Shown piece after piece: positions 9,143 to 19,358 of a DNA stretch of 64,000 bases. This DNA comes from Hydrotalea sp. (GTDB lineage: Bacteria > Bacteroidota > Bacteroidia > Chitinophagales > Chitinophagaceae): contig JAKRSC010000027.1 of assembly GCA_022402565.1 (NCBI GenBank), positions 25,060 through 89,059 on the forward strand. The letters are read 5' to 3'. Position numbers and translations under genes: made by a program. The notes under the pieces are model-generated. The model was not told the origin of the DNA and did no database searches. It was given only the letters and a program-made list of their open reading frames with translations. The stretch's first letter is position 1. Each line of letters begins with the position of its first letter.

Positions 9143-10831
9143 TTATATGTTCCTATATACTTGTAGCCATTGCTTGCGCCAGTTTTTATCTGCGAGTGCA
9201 TATTTGGACATCCATTCAGCTCTTAATTTCTGTATATCATGACTACTCCACCATTTAGCAAAAGTGCCATATTTACTTTTAACGAATTCTAGTTGCTGAA
9301 TCATTAGTGATGGATTATCAAAAAAAATTCCAATTTCTCTAAATCGCTCTAAGTACATATCGGCTTCTTGATTGAAAGGGAACCATGGTTTTTCCCAAAT
9401 TAAAAGAAACGGTGTGTTCATAGCGATTGCAATATTCCATGTAGTACCTGGATGATCCAAAATTAAAAGGGCACATTTAGATATTTCTTTGTGAAAGTCA
9501 CCTTTCATAATTTCCAAAGCGGGAATGGCTGATTTAAAATACTCTTCGTCAGACAAACAACAGTTTTTAGCACCCCCATATGGACGATATTGCAAATACT
9601 CTTCAAATTGTGAATTTACTAACTCTTTAAGAAAATGCTCTTTTAATTTCCTATACTTATGAGCAATTGTCCAAAAAAAACTCTCTAACCTAAAGGGTGT
9701 TGCAAACATAGCCGTGCCAACACAAATAATATTCTGATTTACATGCCTATAGGTATTCAAATATTTAGAAAGAAGTGGCGAAGGCAACCTTAAAAAAATA
9801 GCATTCGTTTTATTAACATAACTAGTGTTGCCCCAAGTTATATGATAGTCCACATCATACTCAATGTGTCGATTAAATTCAAAAGTTAAAGCACTTCCAT
9901 AATTATGCCCGCCATGTTGGTTGGTCAAAATCGTATCTCCATTATCATAGGCTAATGCAGCTTCAATTTTTGCATCATAGTAATAGAAAAGCAGATTAGA
10001 GAAATCGAAAAGTCTAGGGGGGCTTATTTTTTTTGTAATAGCTAAATTTTTATACTTTTCTGGTAATAACTTTTCAATAAGGTCTTCAATATTTATCAAC
10101 CAAGTTATTTCAGATTTTAATTTATTTTGACTACTCTTTTTACGTTCAATTCGCTTTTTTTTCCTTAGTAGGGTTAAAAAATTAAAGATTATTACGTCAA
10201 AAAATGAGAATCCATATATATGTTTGATTCTAAACTTATTTATAAGTTTAAACTTCCTTGAATACACATCTTCTTCCAAAATTACACTGCTGTTAATAGT
10301 TGAGACATTCTGTATTTTGGGCAGGCAATGAAATTCCGGGGTAGATTTTTTTTCAAAAAAACGTGAATACATCCATGCAGAGAAATCAGCGCTTCGAAGT
10401 AAATCAATCACTGCATTGTCATCTTTACAGACCCAAACAAATTTATCCGACTCAAGTTCTACCTGAAGTTTCTCAACCTGTTTATTCTCCGAAATAAAAT
10501 TTTCAAAATACAACTGTCGTGCATAAACACTTTGTACAATCAATGCTACTAATGGATAATATATAAACTGCCAGAATCTTTCAGAATGCATTTCATATAT
10601 ATCAAAATTATACTTTTTAGCTATTTCCTGTGTTAGCCAAAGAGACTCTTTTGCTGTTACTTCATCAATAAACGGCAATTGAGAATTAAGCTTTGTCAAA
10701 TCAGGAAAAGTCAGGTCTGCTAATTTCTCGTGCTCTTTTTCGCAACCGATTAAACAATGTAAAGCTATAGGTATATCATTTACAGAATTATATGATTTTC
10801 CTATTTTCCCTAACACCAGCCTCACAAACAA
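9143..10831 (-). CDS. uncharacterised soluble 562-aa polysaccharide-locus protein; possible sugar-acid transferase (LIC12162-type?)
   Basis: Long uninterrupted ORF between Wzx and the NeuB-type synthase. No classical GT-A DxD or GT-B EX7E motif recognised by eye. The family assignment rests on memory of locus context only. Confidence 0.35.
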   Translation of the reverse strand: MFVRLVLGKIGKSYNSVNDIPIALHCLIGCEKEHEKLADLTFPDLTKLNSQLPFIDEVTAKESLWLTQEIAKKYNFDIYEMHSERFWQFIYYPLVALIVQSVYARQLYFENFISENKQVEKLQVELESDKFVWVCKDDNAVIDLLRSADFSAWMYSRFFEKKSTPEFHCLPKIQNVSTINSSVILEEDVYSRKFKLINKFRIKHIYGFSFFDVIIFNFLTLLRKKKRIERKKSSQNKLKSEITWLINIEDLIEKLLPEKYKNLAITKKISPPRLFDFSNLLFYYYDAKIEAALAYDNGDTILTNQHGGHNYGSALTFEFNRHIEYDVDYHITWGNTSYVNKTNAIFLRLPSPLLSKYLNTYRHVNQNIICVGTAMFATPFRLESFFWTIAHKYRKLKEHFLKELVNSQFEEYLQYRPYGGAKNCCLSDEEYFKSAIPALEIMKGDFHKEISKCALLILDHPGTTWNIAIAMNTPFLLIWEKPWFPFNQEADMYLERFREIGIFFDNPSLMIQQLEFVKSKYGTFAKWWSSHDIQKLRAEWMSKYALADKNWRKQWLQVYRNI

Positions 10832-10866
10832 TTAATTGAAAATCCTGAAATCAACATAAAAGCCAC

Positions 10867-11910
10867 TTATAAGTTATCAAGAAATTCTAATGAGAATCTT
10901 GTCCCAGACTCCAGATCTCTATTAACTTTTTTTCCAAGAATGGTTGGATAATATTTAGGGTGAAGCCCATAGCCTGGCCTTACACTCCTAACATTTTTTT
11001 CGTTTATAAGCTCGCCTTTCCTTATATCCATTGATACATACAAAGATCTAGCGAAATTTCGACCTTTTTCCTGATTTTCGGTCAAAGCATAATCAACTAT
11101 TCCTACTGCCTCTTCTGTTTCTCTTACCGCCTTTACCATAGCCGTAAATTCTAATTCATTCATAGAAAAGGAGGCATCAGGACCTCCTATACTTCTATCA
11201 ATTATAAAATGTTTTTCAATAATTTTTGCTCCGAGTACTGTTGCGACAATGGGCACTGTTGATCCGATTGTATGATCAGAAAGTCCAGCTAATACACCAA
11301 ATCGTTCTCTGTACTCCTTTATCATGATCAAATTAGCCTCTTCGATAGGTGCTGGGTAACTTGATGTACACTTCAATAAAACTATGCTATCATTTCCCAT
11401 TCTCCTGCATGCATCTACTGCTAATTTTATATCATCTTCCTTTGCAATGCCTGTGGATATAATAACAGGTTTCTTGCGGGCAGCTACATACTCAATTAAT
11501 GGTATATCTGTGATTTCAAATGAGGCAATTTTATAAGCGGGTACATTAAGTGATTCCAGAAAATCAACGGCTGATTTATCAAAGGGTGAAGAAAAGCAAA
11601 TTAGACCTTCTGCTTTCGCTACAGCAAAGAGCTCCTCATGCCACTCCCATGGTGTATAGGCTTCCTTATACAAGTCGTACAACAATTGTCCATCCCAAAT
11701 TGTACCTTTTATTACAAAATCATCTGCCCTTACATTTAATGTAATTGTATCTGCTGTGTAGGTTTGAAATTTGATAGCGTTAGCACCGGCTCGCTTTGCC
11801 GCTTTAATAGTATCTATCGCATTTTGAAGGCTTCCATTATGATTTGCTGACAACTCAGCAATAATAAAGACCGGATTATTTTGTGTCAAAGAATAATTTC
11901 CAATTCGCAT
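10867..11910 (-). CDS. pseI: NeuB-family nonulosonic acid synthase, most like pseudaminic acid synthase
   Basis: 347 aa. FIIAELSANHNGSL, KFQTYT, YKIASFE, GLSDHT and a C-terminal SAF-like region (VRSVRPGYGLHPKYY). Neighbours are pseC- and pseH-like genes. Confidence 0.75.
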   Translation of the reverse strand: MRIGNYSLTQNNPVFIIAELSANHNGSLQNAIDTIKAAKRAGANAIKFQTYTADTITLNVRADDFVIKGTIWDGQLLYDLYKEAYTPWEWHEELFAVAKAEGLICFSSPFDKSAVDFLESLNVPAYKIASFEITDIPLIEYVAARKKPVIISTGIAKEDDIKLAVDACRRMGNDSIVLLKCTSSYPAPIEEANLIMIKEYRERFGVLAGLSDHTIGSTVPIVATVLGAKIIEKHFIIDRSIGGPDASFSMNELEFTAMVKAVRETEEAVGIVDYALTENQEKGRNFARSLYVSMDIRKGELINEKNVRSVRPGYGLHPKYYPTILGKKVNRDLESGTRFSLEFLDNL

Positions 11911-11920
11911 ATTGTAAATA

Positions 11921-12934
11921 CTAATTTATTATTTTTTCAAAGAGAAGGATGTTTGTTTCTTCACTCAATTGTTGGTACTCATTCTTTAGAAAAAGTTTTA
12001 CAGAAGCCACATTTTCAGACATCACCTTCCCACGAAGTAGATTTACATCTTTTCTGACATTTTTAATGTATTCCTCGGCTTGTTTTAATAAAGCATATCC
12101 GTAACCCATACCGTGAAATTTCGGATCTATTAGATAACTAATAATAGCTGTTCTCCCTTCGATATCAAACCTTATAGATCCAATAGATTCATTCTCCTTT
12201 TCAAAAATCAGATATAGGCAATTACGTTGATTTAGTTTTTCAAAAAACCAAGTAGAATGATCTAACTTTTGAATTTCTGTATTTGAGAAGGAGTACTTTC
12301 TTACCAATGGATCTGTTGCCCATAAGTAGGTTTTTTCCAAATCATTATATGTTGCTGAACGGAGTATTGGTTGTGCTGAAAATTTAGAATGAATTAAAAC
12401 ATCAACATAGCCACTTCCAAAAGAAGTGTGATTCGTCAATCGTGCTTCAAACCTAAAACCATTTTGCAATAAGACAGGGTATAAGTTGGGTCTTACATCA
12501 AACGCCCAGGTGAAGATTTTTTTCAACTGAAGCTCTTCAAAAGCAACAATTGAAACCAATTTTAAAAAAGCAGCCCAATACTTATCAAATCCTGTTGCTT
12601 CCAACTGCGTATCCATAATAAAAGACACTTCCGCATTTTTATCCTTCCAATTTATGTGAACCAAGCCTCCGTAACCTATACACTCATCGTTTTCAAGAAA
12701 AGAAAATAAAACTTGGGAAGGCCTATCCATTTCAAAAAGTGGGGCAACAACATTTTCAAAATACCGATTCTGGTCGGATTCGGTTAGTTCTTGCTGTTGT
12801 CTTAAATGATATAACTGCTCATTTCTCCATTTTCGAATTAGAAATCGATCTGAAGCTCTTAATGGAATAAGTCTAAGATTGTTTAGCGAAAATAATTGCT
12901 TATTTAGTACTTTATATTTTTTAAAAGAAATCAT
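11921..12934 (-). CDS. pseH: tandem (fused) GNAT N-acetyltransferase; C-terminal half PseH-like
   Basis: 337 aa with two GNAT halves. The first carries LIRKWRNEQ...IGYGGLVHI. The second carries LWATDPLVRKYS...HSTWF...IGSIRFD...HGMGYGYALLKQ. Confidence 0.55.
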   Translation of the reverse strand: MISFKKYKVLNKQLFSLNNLRLIPLRASDRFLIRKWRNEQLYHLRQQQELTESDQNRYFENVVAPLFEMDRPSQVLFSFLENDECIGYGGLVHINWKDKNAEVSFIMDTQLEATGFDKYWAAFLKLVSIVAFEELQLKKIFTWAFDVRPNLYPVLLQNGFRFEARLTNHTSFGSGYVDVLIHSKFSAQPILRSATYNDLEKTYLWATDPLVRKYSFSNTEIQKLDHSTWFFEKLNQRNCLYLIFEKENESIGSIRFDIEGRTAIISYLIDPKFHGMGYGYALLKQAEEYIKNVRKDVNLLRGKVMSENVASVKLFLKNEYQQLSEETNILLFEKIIN

Positions 12935-13052
12935 TGAGATTAAAAAGTAAAAGCCTTAATAATATACTTTACTTGTCAGCAATAATATTTAAGATAAATG
13001 ATTGTTTAGGTACCAAAAATCAAATAATGAAACTGAAGTGTTACAATGAAGT

Positions 13053-13793
13053 TTATTCTAAAAACCCTTTATGCAAATGCTTGTTTATTAAACTTATTTT
13101 TCCAGAGTCATATAATTCAATTAATTGATACTGACTATAGGTATGAGCAATATTTCCTTTATCAAAATACTCAATAATCTGTCTTATAACCTCAAAATCT
13201 TCTGGAAAATCAACAGTGAGATATATATCTGGGCGAATCAACCTTTTATCTTTTGGCGAAATTAAAACCTTAGAAAAGTTTCGATAATTCCTAATAAATG
13301 GATTAACATGTTCACGTTCTATCTCACTAAAAGCTTTTTTATGAGCATATTTTAAACAATCAAAAGAAATAAGCTCTGCGGTCGTACCATATATCCATCC
13401 ATTTCTATGGGATGCATTAATATAATCTACAGAATTAGCCTTATGCTCGTTTATTAATGAATAAATACATTCTGGGTCGATCAATGGATCATCTCCGCAA
13501 ACCCTAATTATATTATTAATATTATACCTTTTTGCAGTTTCATAATAACGCTTTAAAACATCATTTTCATCTCCTCTAAAAACTTCAATACCCAAGTCTT
13601 CTGCTATTTGAACAACTTCCAAATCATTACTATTATTTGAAGTTGCGACTACAATATTAACAATTTCATTCTTTAGTAATCTTTGAATTTGATGATTAAG
13701 CATTGCTTTTCCTATAATCTTTCTACCAACTTTACCAGGTGTTCGAGTAGATCCCATTCTAGCCTGAAGTATTACTGCATAATCCATCATCAT
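13053..13793 (-). CDS. SpsF/PseF-like cytidylyltransferase (CTP_transf_3 fold)
   Basis: Core AVILQARMGSTRTPGKV...RVCGDDPLIDP. The ORF-track start (13838) overlaps the upstream gene by 44 nt. I place the start at one of the MMMDY ATGs (13793/13790/13787), just after the upstream stop at 13795. Confidence 0.7.
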   Translation of the reverse strand: MMMDYAVILQARMGSTRTPGKVGRKIIGKAMLNHQIQRLLKNEIVNIVVATSNNSNDLEVVQIAEDLGIEVFRGDENDVLKRYYETAKRYNINNIIRVCGDDPLIDPECIYSLINEHKANSVDYINASHRNGWIYGTTAELISFDCLKYAHKKAFSEIEREHVNPFIRNYRNFSKVLISPKDKRLIRPDIYLTVDFPEDFEVIRQIIEYFDKGNIAHTYSQYQLIELYDSGKISLINKHLHKGFLE

Positions 13794-13794
13794 C

Positions 13795-15171
13795 TTAATT
13801 ATACTTTCTGAAAACTGGTTTAACTGCATTACCAACAAACGAATTCGTTACTTTATTTTCATTAATATTCTGTTTAATTTCATTTAATACATGTTTGAAT
13901 ACATTTAAAGTTTCCTCAACTTCTTTTTCAGTGTGAGAATATGTGATTGATATCCAGGGAATCAGTATATTGTTCTCAATCATATGCTGATGAAATAAAG
14001 TATGCAGCTCAGACCAATAAACGCCTTCAGCAGTTGTAGAAACAATTTGAGGATTACAATCAAAGCCTATTACTCTAAAATATTTTTCTAATCCGCTCTG
14101 TTTGGCTATCTCAATTAATCCTTCCTTTAGTTTTTTGCCTATCGTCCACACATGATTATTAATATCAACCCGTTGACATTCTTTCAATGTTGCTAATGTT
14201 GCCGCTAGCCCTACGGTTTCAGAGCCATGTGTTTGAGATAATAGAAACACTCGTTCCTTATTATGCTGGATGCCCCCGAGTTGCATAATCTCTTTTTTCC
14301 CTGCCAGTAAAGAAAAAGAATAGCCATTACTTATACATTTTCCATAAGTAGCCAGATCTGGGTATACTTGATATAAATGATGCGCCCCTCTTATATCAAA
14401 TCTCACTCCACTTATCATTTCATCAAAAATTAAAACAGTTCCATTCCTTTGACATAGTTCTTTTAACTGCACCAAGAAATTATCTTTACCTTTTGCACAA
14501 ATTCCATTTATACAATCGCGTTTACACAGATCTGTTTCACTTGTTGAACAAGGAGGGTGATTTTTAACTGGCTCTAAGATTAAACAAGCTATCTTTTCTG
14601 GATATTCATCAAACAACTTTTTTACACTATCAATGTCGTTATATCTAAAACCAAGTGAGAATTTTTTCTCTTCATTAACTATTCCAGCATCCATCTCTGT
14701 AGTGCCTATAAACCAATCGTGAATACTAAAAAAAGGATGATCTTTACATATTGCTACATAATCTCTTTTAGTGTGAGCCCTTGATAACTTGATTGCCGCT
14801 GTAGTAACGTCTGATCCATTTTTTCCAAACTTTACCATTTCTGCTACTGGCAGTAGATTTACTAAATACTCCGCCAACTCATATTCTAATATTCCGGGCC
14901 TAGTAAAATTTGTGCTTTTAGAAATTGAATCGATAACTGCATTGTTAACTACAGTATTATTATGGCCAAGTATAAAAACACGATTGCCCATAGCCCAGTC
15001 AATAAACCTATTTCCGTCAATATCCCAACAATATGCTCCATCTGCGTGGGACATTATTTTTGGGGAAATCTCAGGAAACTGATCATCCCCTTTTGAATAA
15101 GTATGACTCCCTCCCGGAATCAATTCATGTAAACGCTTGCTGATCTCTATACTTTTTTCATATTTCTTCAT
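13795..15171 (-). CDS. class III PLP aminotransferase (glutamate-1-semialdehyde aminomutase-like)
   Basis: 458 aa. SHTYSKGDDQFP, GSDVTTAAIKLSR, FDEMISGVRF and the lysine region YGKCISNGYS. Confidence 0.7.
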   Translation of the reverse strand: MKKYEKSIEISKRLHELIPGGSHTYSKGDDQFPEISPKIMSHADGAYCWDIDGNRFIDWAMGNRVFILGHNNTVVNNAVIDSISKSTNFTRPGILEYELAEYLVNLLPVAEMVKFGKNGSDVTTAAIKLSRAHTKRDYVAICKDHPFFSIHDWFIGTTEMDAGIVNEEKKFSLGFRYNDIDSVKKLFDEYPEKIACLILEPVKNHPPCSTSETDLCKRDCINGICAKGKDNFLVQLKELCQRNGTVLIFDEMISGVRFDIRGAHHLYQVYPDLATYGKCISNGYSFSLLAGKKEIMQLGGIQHNKERVFLLSQTHGSETVGLAATLATLKECQRVDINNHVWTIGKKLKEGLIEIAKQSGLEKYFRVIGFDCNPQIVSTTAEGVYWSELHTLFHQHMIENNILIPWISITYSHTEKEVEETLNVFKHVLNEIKQNINENKVTNSFVGNAVKPVFRKYN

Positions 15172-15182
15172 AAAATATGTTT

Positions 15183-16070
15183 TTATATTCCTGCTTCAAT
15201 AATTTGAACAATCTCCATTGTCTCAGCTCTATTAATTAAAATCTTTTTATGAATTATTTGTTTTAAAAATTCTTCTAATGATTTTTTAAAACAAGAAAAA
15301 CTATCAGAGAATTTTTTTTCAATCATTACGCCTCTGCTTTCATATTCAAAGAATATATCTGACTGCATTTTGCCTGTAAAATTCAATTCCGCAGTAAGAT
15401 TATCCCAGTTTATAGTATAAGTATTATAGTTTTCGAATTCAACTTTATTCACTGTCAAAAAATGACCCCGGTTATCGAACTGAGAAATTATCGTTTCTAG
15501 CAAATGAACACTATACGTTTTCCAATATTTGGGTGTTGAGGCTTTTAAATATACATGACCAGAAAGTGATTTTTTTTCATGATCACTCAATAAAAGTTCT
15601 TTTGCATAACGCAAAGAGCTACATGTAAATATTTGGTAATCATATTTCTGTTTCTCCAACATTCTAAATGCATCACTAGAAGATAAGGCGAATGGCTTAT
15701 CAATAAAAATAGGTTTTCCCTGTTCTAAACAATACGATGCCATTTTTACATGATTCTCAGCATCATCTCTTGCAAGAAGAATCACATCGGTATTGTCAAC
15801 AACTTCTTCAATCGAACTACAGACTGTTTCGATTTTTGCAGCTTCAGCGATTGATTTTGAGATTATTCTGTCCTGTGTCCAAATATGACTAACAACCATG
15901 CCCGATAAACGATCTGCTGGCCATTTTCTTTGTCTCAAATAAATTGGAATACCAGGAAAAGGACAGTTACTCATTTCACGTTCACTATACCCATTACAAA
16001 TAGCAGACCATGAATACGGGTGTCCATTCCCGTTACTTAAACCAATAATACCAGCTTTTAATATACTCAC
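15183..16070 (-). CDS. Gfo/Idh/MocA-family oxidoreductase
   Basis: 295 aa. N-terminal KAGIIGLSNGNGHPYSW and the IFIDKPFA motif (EKP-like). Confidence 0.6.
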   Translation of the reverse strand: MSILKAGIIGLSNGNGHPYSWSAICNGYSEREMSNCPFPGIPIYLRQRKWPADRLSGMVVSHIWTQDRIISKSIAEAAKIETVCSSIEEVVDNTDVILLARDDAENHVKMASYCLEQGKPIFIDKPFALSSSDAFRMLEKQKYDYQIFTCSSLRYAKELLLSDHEKKSLSGHVYLKASTPKYWKTYSVHLLETIISQFDNRGHFLTVNKVEFENYNTYTINWDNLTAELNFTGKMQSDIFFEYESRGVMIEKKFSDSFSCFKKSLEEFLKQIIHKKILINRAETMEIVQIIEAGI

Positions 16071-16087
16071 TAAATTAATAAAGTATG

Positions 16088-16966
16088 CTAACTTTTAACC
16101 CAAGATGAAGGATTCAATAATTCAATTTCCTTTACATCAATCTGATCAATGAGTGGCAATATTGATTCTCTTTCTTGTTTTGAACATGCTTCTATGGCTT
16201 GTATATTACTCTCTAAATGTTGGATATTGTCTACACCAACTAAAAACTGATTAATACCAGGTTGTGATATTACGTAAAGAAAGACTAATTCCATAATCGA
16301 CAAGCCTGTTAACTTTGATACTTCAGCTAACATCTTGACGTATGGCTTTAATGGTTGAAGCCAAGAAGGGAGGCTATCTATATTCATGAACAAAGCTCCT
16401 TGTAAGAATATTGACCTCGCTTGAACTTCTTTTCCATTTTCTTTCGCAAGTTCAATCAATTTTCCACGTTTATTCAGATTGTCTAAAACATTGAATGGAA
16501 TTTGAATAACATCAATTCCTGACATTTTAATTGCAATTTCAAACTCGTCATTGCTATAAATTGAGAGTCCTATTTTATCTATAACGCTATCTTTCTTTAG
16601 TTTAACTAATTCAACAAGTGTTTCGGGGAAAGAAATCAAGTCATTACAACTATGATAGAAATACACATGTAAATTTTGCATATTCAAATCACCCAGTGAT
16701 ATATAAAGTTGCTCTTCAATTTTTTTGTTTTTTTGGCATTTGAACTTTGAATTAATTTGAAACCTACCCGGATACATTTTGTTGTAAGCGCCAATTGTAT
16801 TTATAGCGTCTCCATAAGCATCTGCAGTATCAAGGGTATTTATACCTTTCGAAAAAGCATAATCAAGTAAATTAAAAATTTGTTCGCGAGTTGGCTTCTT
16901 ACTCGTATTATTAATACCGTAGTTTAACCCAAACTGTACAGTTCCAAGAATCACTTTACTAAGCAT
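16088..16966 (-). CDS. aldo/keto reductase
   Basis: 292 aa. LGTVQFGLNYGI, LDTADAYGDA, and IQIPFNVLD...ARSIFLQG. Confidence 0.7.
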   Translation of the reverse strand: MLSKVILGTVQFGLNYGINNTSKKPTREQIFNLLDYAFSKGINTLDTADAYGDAINTIGAYNKMYPGRFQINSKFKCQKNKKIEEQLYISLGDLNMQNLHVYFYHSCNDLISFPETLVELVKLKKDSVIDKIGLSIYSNDEFEIAIKMSGIDVIQIPFNVLDNLNKRGKLIELAKENGKEVQARSIFLQGALFMNIDSLPSWLQPLKPYVKMLAEVSKLTGLSIMELVFLYVISQPGINQFLVGVDNIQHLESNIQAIEACSKQERESILPLIDQIDVKEIELLNPSSWVKS

Positions 16967-16987
16967 AAATCAAATACCCAGCATTTA

Positions 16988-18145
16988 TTATAATTTTGAA
17001 TAGAATTCAAAAATTTTATCAATCACAAACTGTTGTTCACTATCTGATAACGTCGGATACATCGGCAGACTAAGGCAATTATCATAGTATTCTTCAGCTA
17101 TAGCAAAATCTCCTTTCTTATTCCCCAAATTCTGGTAATAAGGCATTAAATGAATGGGGATATAATGTATCTGTGTTATAATGTTATTAGTGGCCAAAAA
17201 CTTATACAACTCAGTTCGTCTTCTGAACTCTACAACATACAAATGATAAGCATGCCCTTCAATCACTCCTGATTGTCGTATAATGAATGATTGTCTTTTG
17301 AAAGACTCATAATATTTTTTCGCAATCTCAATTCTACGCTTCATACCCTCCTTTTGTCTTGCCAATTGACTAATTCCAAGTGCCGCTTGAATGTCTGTTA
17401 AACGATAGTTATACCCAAGTTCCTGCATTTCATAATACCATGGACCATGATCATATATCTTGAGTTCAGATCTTTGTTGAATTCCATGGGATCTTAGATT
17501 TCTTAGTTTATGATATAACGTTTCATCGTTTGTAGTTATCATCCCCCCTTCTCCAGCCGCGATATGTTTTACCGGATGAAATGAGAAAATCGCGAGGTTA
17601 GCATACTTTCCTTGACCACATTTTACTACTTTATTATTGCTATCAATGATATATCCACCAGGTGCATGGCATGCATCTTCAATTATCCACAAACCATACT
17701 CATTGGCTATCCTATGCAATTTTTCCATATTAACGGGGAGCCCTGCGAAATCAACCGGAATAATCCCACTATACTCACCCGGCTTTGAGGATTTAAGCAG
17801 ATTTTCTACTTTATCTAAATCCAAGAGGTGTGTTTCTGGGTCAACATCAACAAAAACAACTTCACCACCACAGTATCTGATACAGTTGGCTGTGGCTGAG
17901 AAACTAATTGGCGTAGTGATAACTTTTTGTCCTTCTTTAATACCAAGGGCTAATGCACAGAGGTGAAGTGCTGCAGTTCCGTTAGAAACTGCAACGGCAT
18001 ACTTACATTCTATATACTCAGCAAATTTTTTTTCAAACTCTGCAATTGTGGGACCTTGTGTAAGCCAAGTTGACGTCAACACACTTTTAACTGCATCAAT
18101 ATCTGATTCATCTATGTACTGCTTACTGTATGGTATCTTATTCAT
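16988..18145 (-). CDS. pseC: DegT/DnrJ/EryC1-family aminotransferase, PseC-like (UDP-4-keto-6-deoxy-sugar transaminase)
   Basis: 385 aa. SNGTAALHL, IIEDACHAPG, FSFHPVKHIAAGEGG (PLP lysine) and LGYNYRLTDIQAALG. Confidence 0.75.
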   Translation of the reverse strand: MNKIPYSKQYIDESDIDAVKSVLTSTWLTQGPTIAEFEKKFAEYIECKYAVAVSNGTAALHLCALALGIKEGQKVITTPISFSATANCIRYCGGEVVFVDVDPETHLLDLDKVENLLKSSKPGEYSGIIPVDFAGLPVNMEKLHRIANEYGLWIIEDACHAPGGYIIDSNNKVVKCGQGKYANLAIFSFHPVKHIAAGEGGMITTNDETLYHKLRNLRSHGIQQRSELKIYDHGPWYYEMQELGYNYRLTDIQAALGISQLARQKEGMKRRIEIAKKYYESFKRQSFIIRQSGVIEGHAYHLYVVEFRRRTELYKFLATNNIITQIHYIPIHLMPYYQNLGNKKGDFAIAEEYYDNCLSLPMYPTLSDSEQQFVIDKIFEFYSKL

Positions 18146-18248
18146 TTAAACTCTTTAAATAACTTTTTGATCTAATATAAATATTCTTTCCTAGAAAATT
18201 CTTCAAGAGTAATTAGAAATGATTGTTTATCAAAGCACTTTCGATAAA

Positions 18249-19328
18249 TTACTCTTTTACTTGATTCAAGTACCATTTAAATACACATAGAAGTAATAAC
18301 TGAGTCAACGCCAAGATGCTACCAAAAAGTAGTATAGCTTTGAGTTTCGAGTACTTATACTTTTCCAAAGGATATATTGGGTTATTAACTATTTGAATAA
18401 CCGGGGTTTCCTGGCTTAATGTGAATTTTGCCATCTCAAGGTTCTTGACAACCTCAATGTAAATGGACCCTAACATATTTTTTTCGCGCAAGGCAAGTTC
18501 AGATTTTATTGTTGGAACAGTCCTAAAGATTGGATTCATATCCATCGTAGAATTTTGAGTTTGCAAGGCCGCAGATATTCCGGTCTTTTGATTTAAAAGT
18601 AACGTCAAGCTATCAACACGACTTTGTAAAATATCTACTGTTTTCTTTTGTCTTTGTGTCTTCAAATTAACATATCGATTTATAGCAATGTTCACCAGTT
18701 GTTCGTTAAACCTTTTTGAGAACTGCTCATCACGCATTATTGAAGACAACTCAATAAATCCTGCTTTTTTATCAATTTTCTTAATCTGAAGTTCTGATTT
18801 AATGATTTTTTGTACCAAAATATTAAGGAGACTATCAATTGTTCTCTGATAAACAATTCTACTTTTGTTTTCGCTTATTTTTAACACCTCAAAGTTTAAT
18901 TGCTTACTCCATGCTTTTTTAAAGCCATTAAATTCAATATAAAAATCTCCAAATGTTTTTGTGTTATCCCACGGACTCAATAGAACTTCTCTTACAAGCG
19001 ATTCGCTTTTAAAATAATACAAAATATTTTCCCCAGCTATCAAACCACCTCCACCTCCTCCCATATCTACTCCAAACTGACCGGCCAAGGATGCCAAACC
19101 ACTCAGTCCTCCACTACTTTTCCCGTCCTCTACCACAAAAGTTGTTTTTGCAGTATAGGTTATAGGTTGCATCCAAGCATACACAAATCCAATAAGACCT
19201 CCAAGTATACCTGCAATAGCAATCTTCCACCATTGGGTTTTGAGATAGGCTACCCATTCCTTGATTTTTAGGATGAGGTCTTTTAGACTGATTTCGTCGG
19301 AAGTGGATGGTTGAATGTGTTCTGTCAT
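18249..19328 (-). CDS. Wzz-type chain-length determinant (no kinase domain)
   Basis: 359 aa. N-terminal TM (WWKIAIAGILGGLIGFVYAW) and C-terminal TM (AILLFGSILALTQLLLLCVF) flank a coiled periplasmic region. No Walker motifs. Confidence 0.7.
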   Translation of the reverse strand: MTEHIQPSTSDEISLKDLILKIKEWVAYLKTQWWKIAIAGILGGLIGFVYAWMQPITYTAKTTFVVEDGKSSGGLSGLASLAGQFGVDMGGGGGGLIAGENILYYFKSESLVREVLLSPWDNTKTFGDFYIEFNGFKKAWSKQLNFEVLKISENKSRIVYQRTIDSLLNILVQKIIKSELQIKKIDKKAGFIELSSIMRDEQFSKRFNEQLVNIAINRYVNLKTQRQKKTVDILQSRVDSLTLLLNQKTGISAALQTQNSTMDMNPIFRTVPTIKSELALREKNMLGSIYIEVVKNLEMAKFTLSQETPVIQIVNNPIYPLEKYKYSKLKAILLFGSILALTQLLLLCVFKWYLNQVKE

Positions 19329-19358
19329 GAATAATACAATCTTTTAATAAGATCCTTC

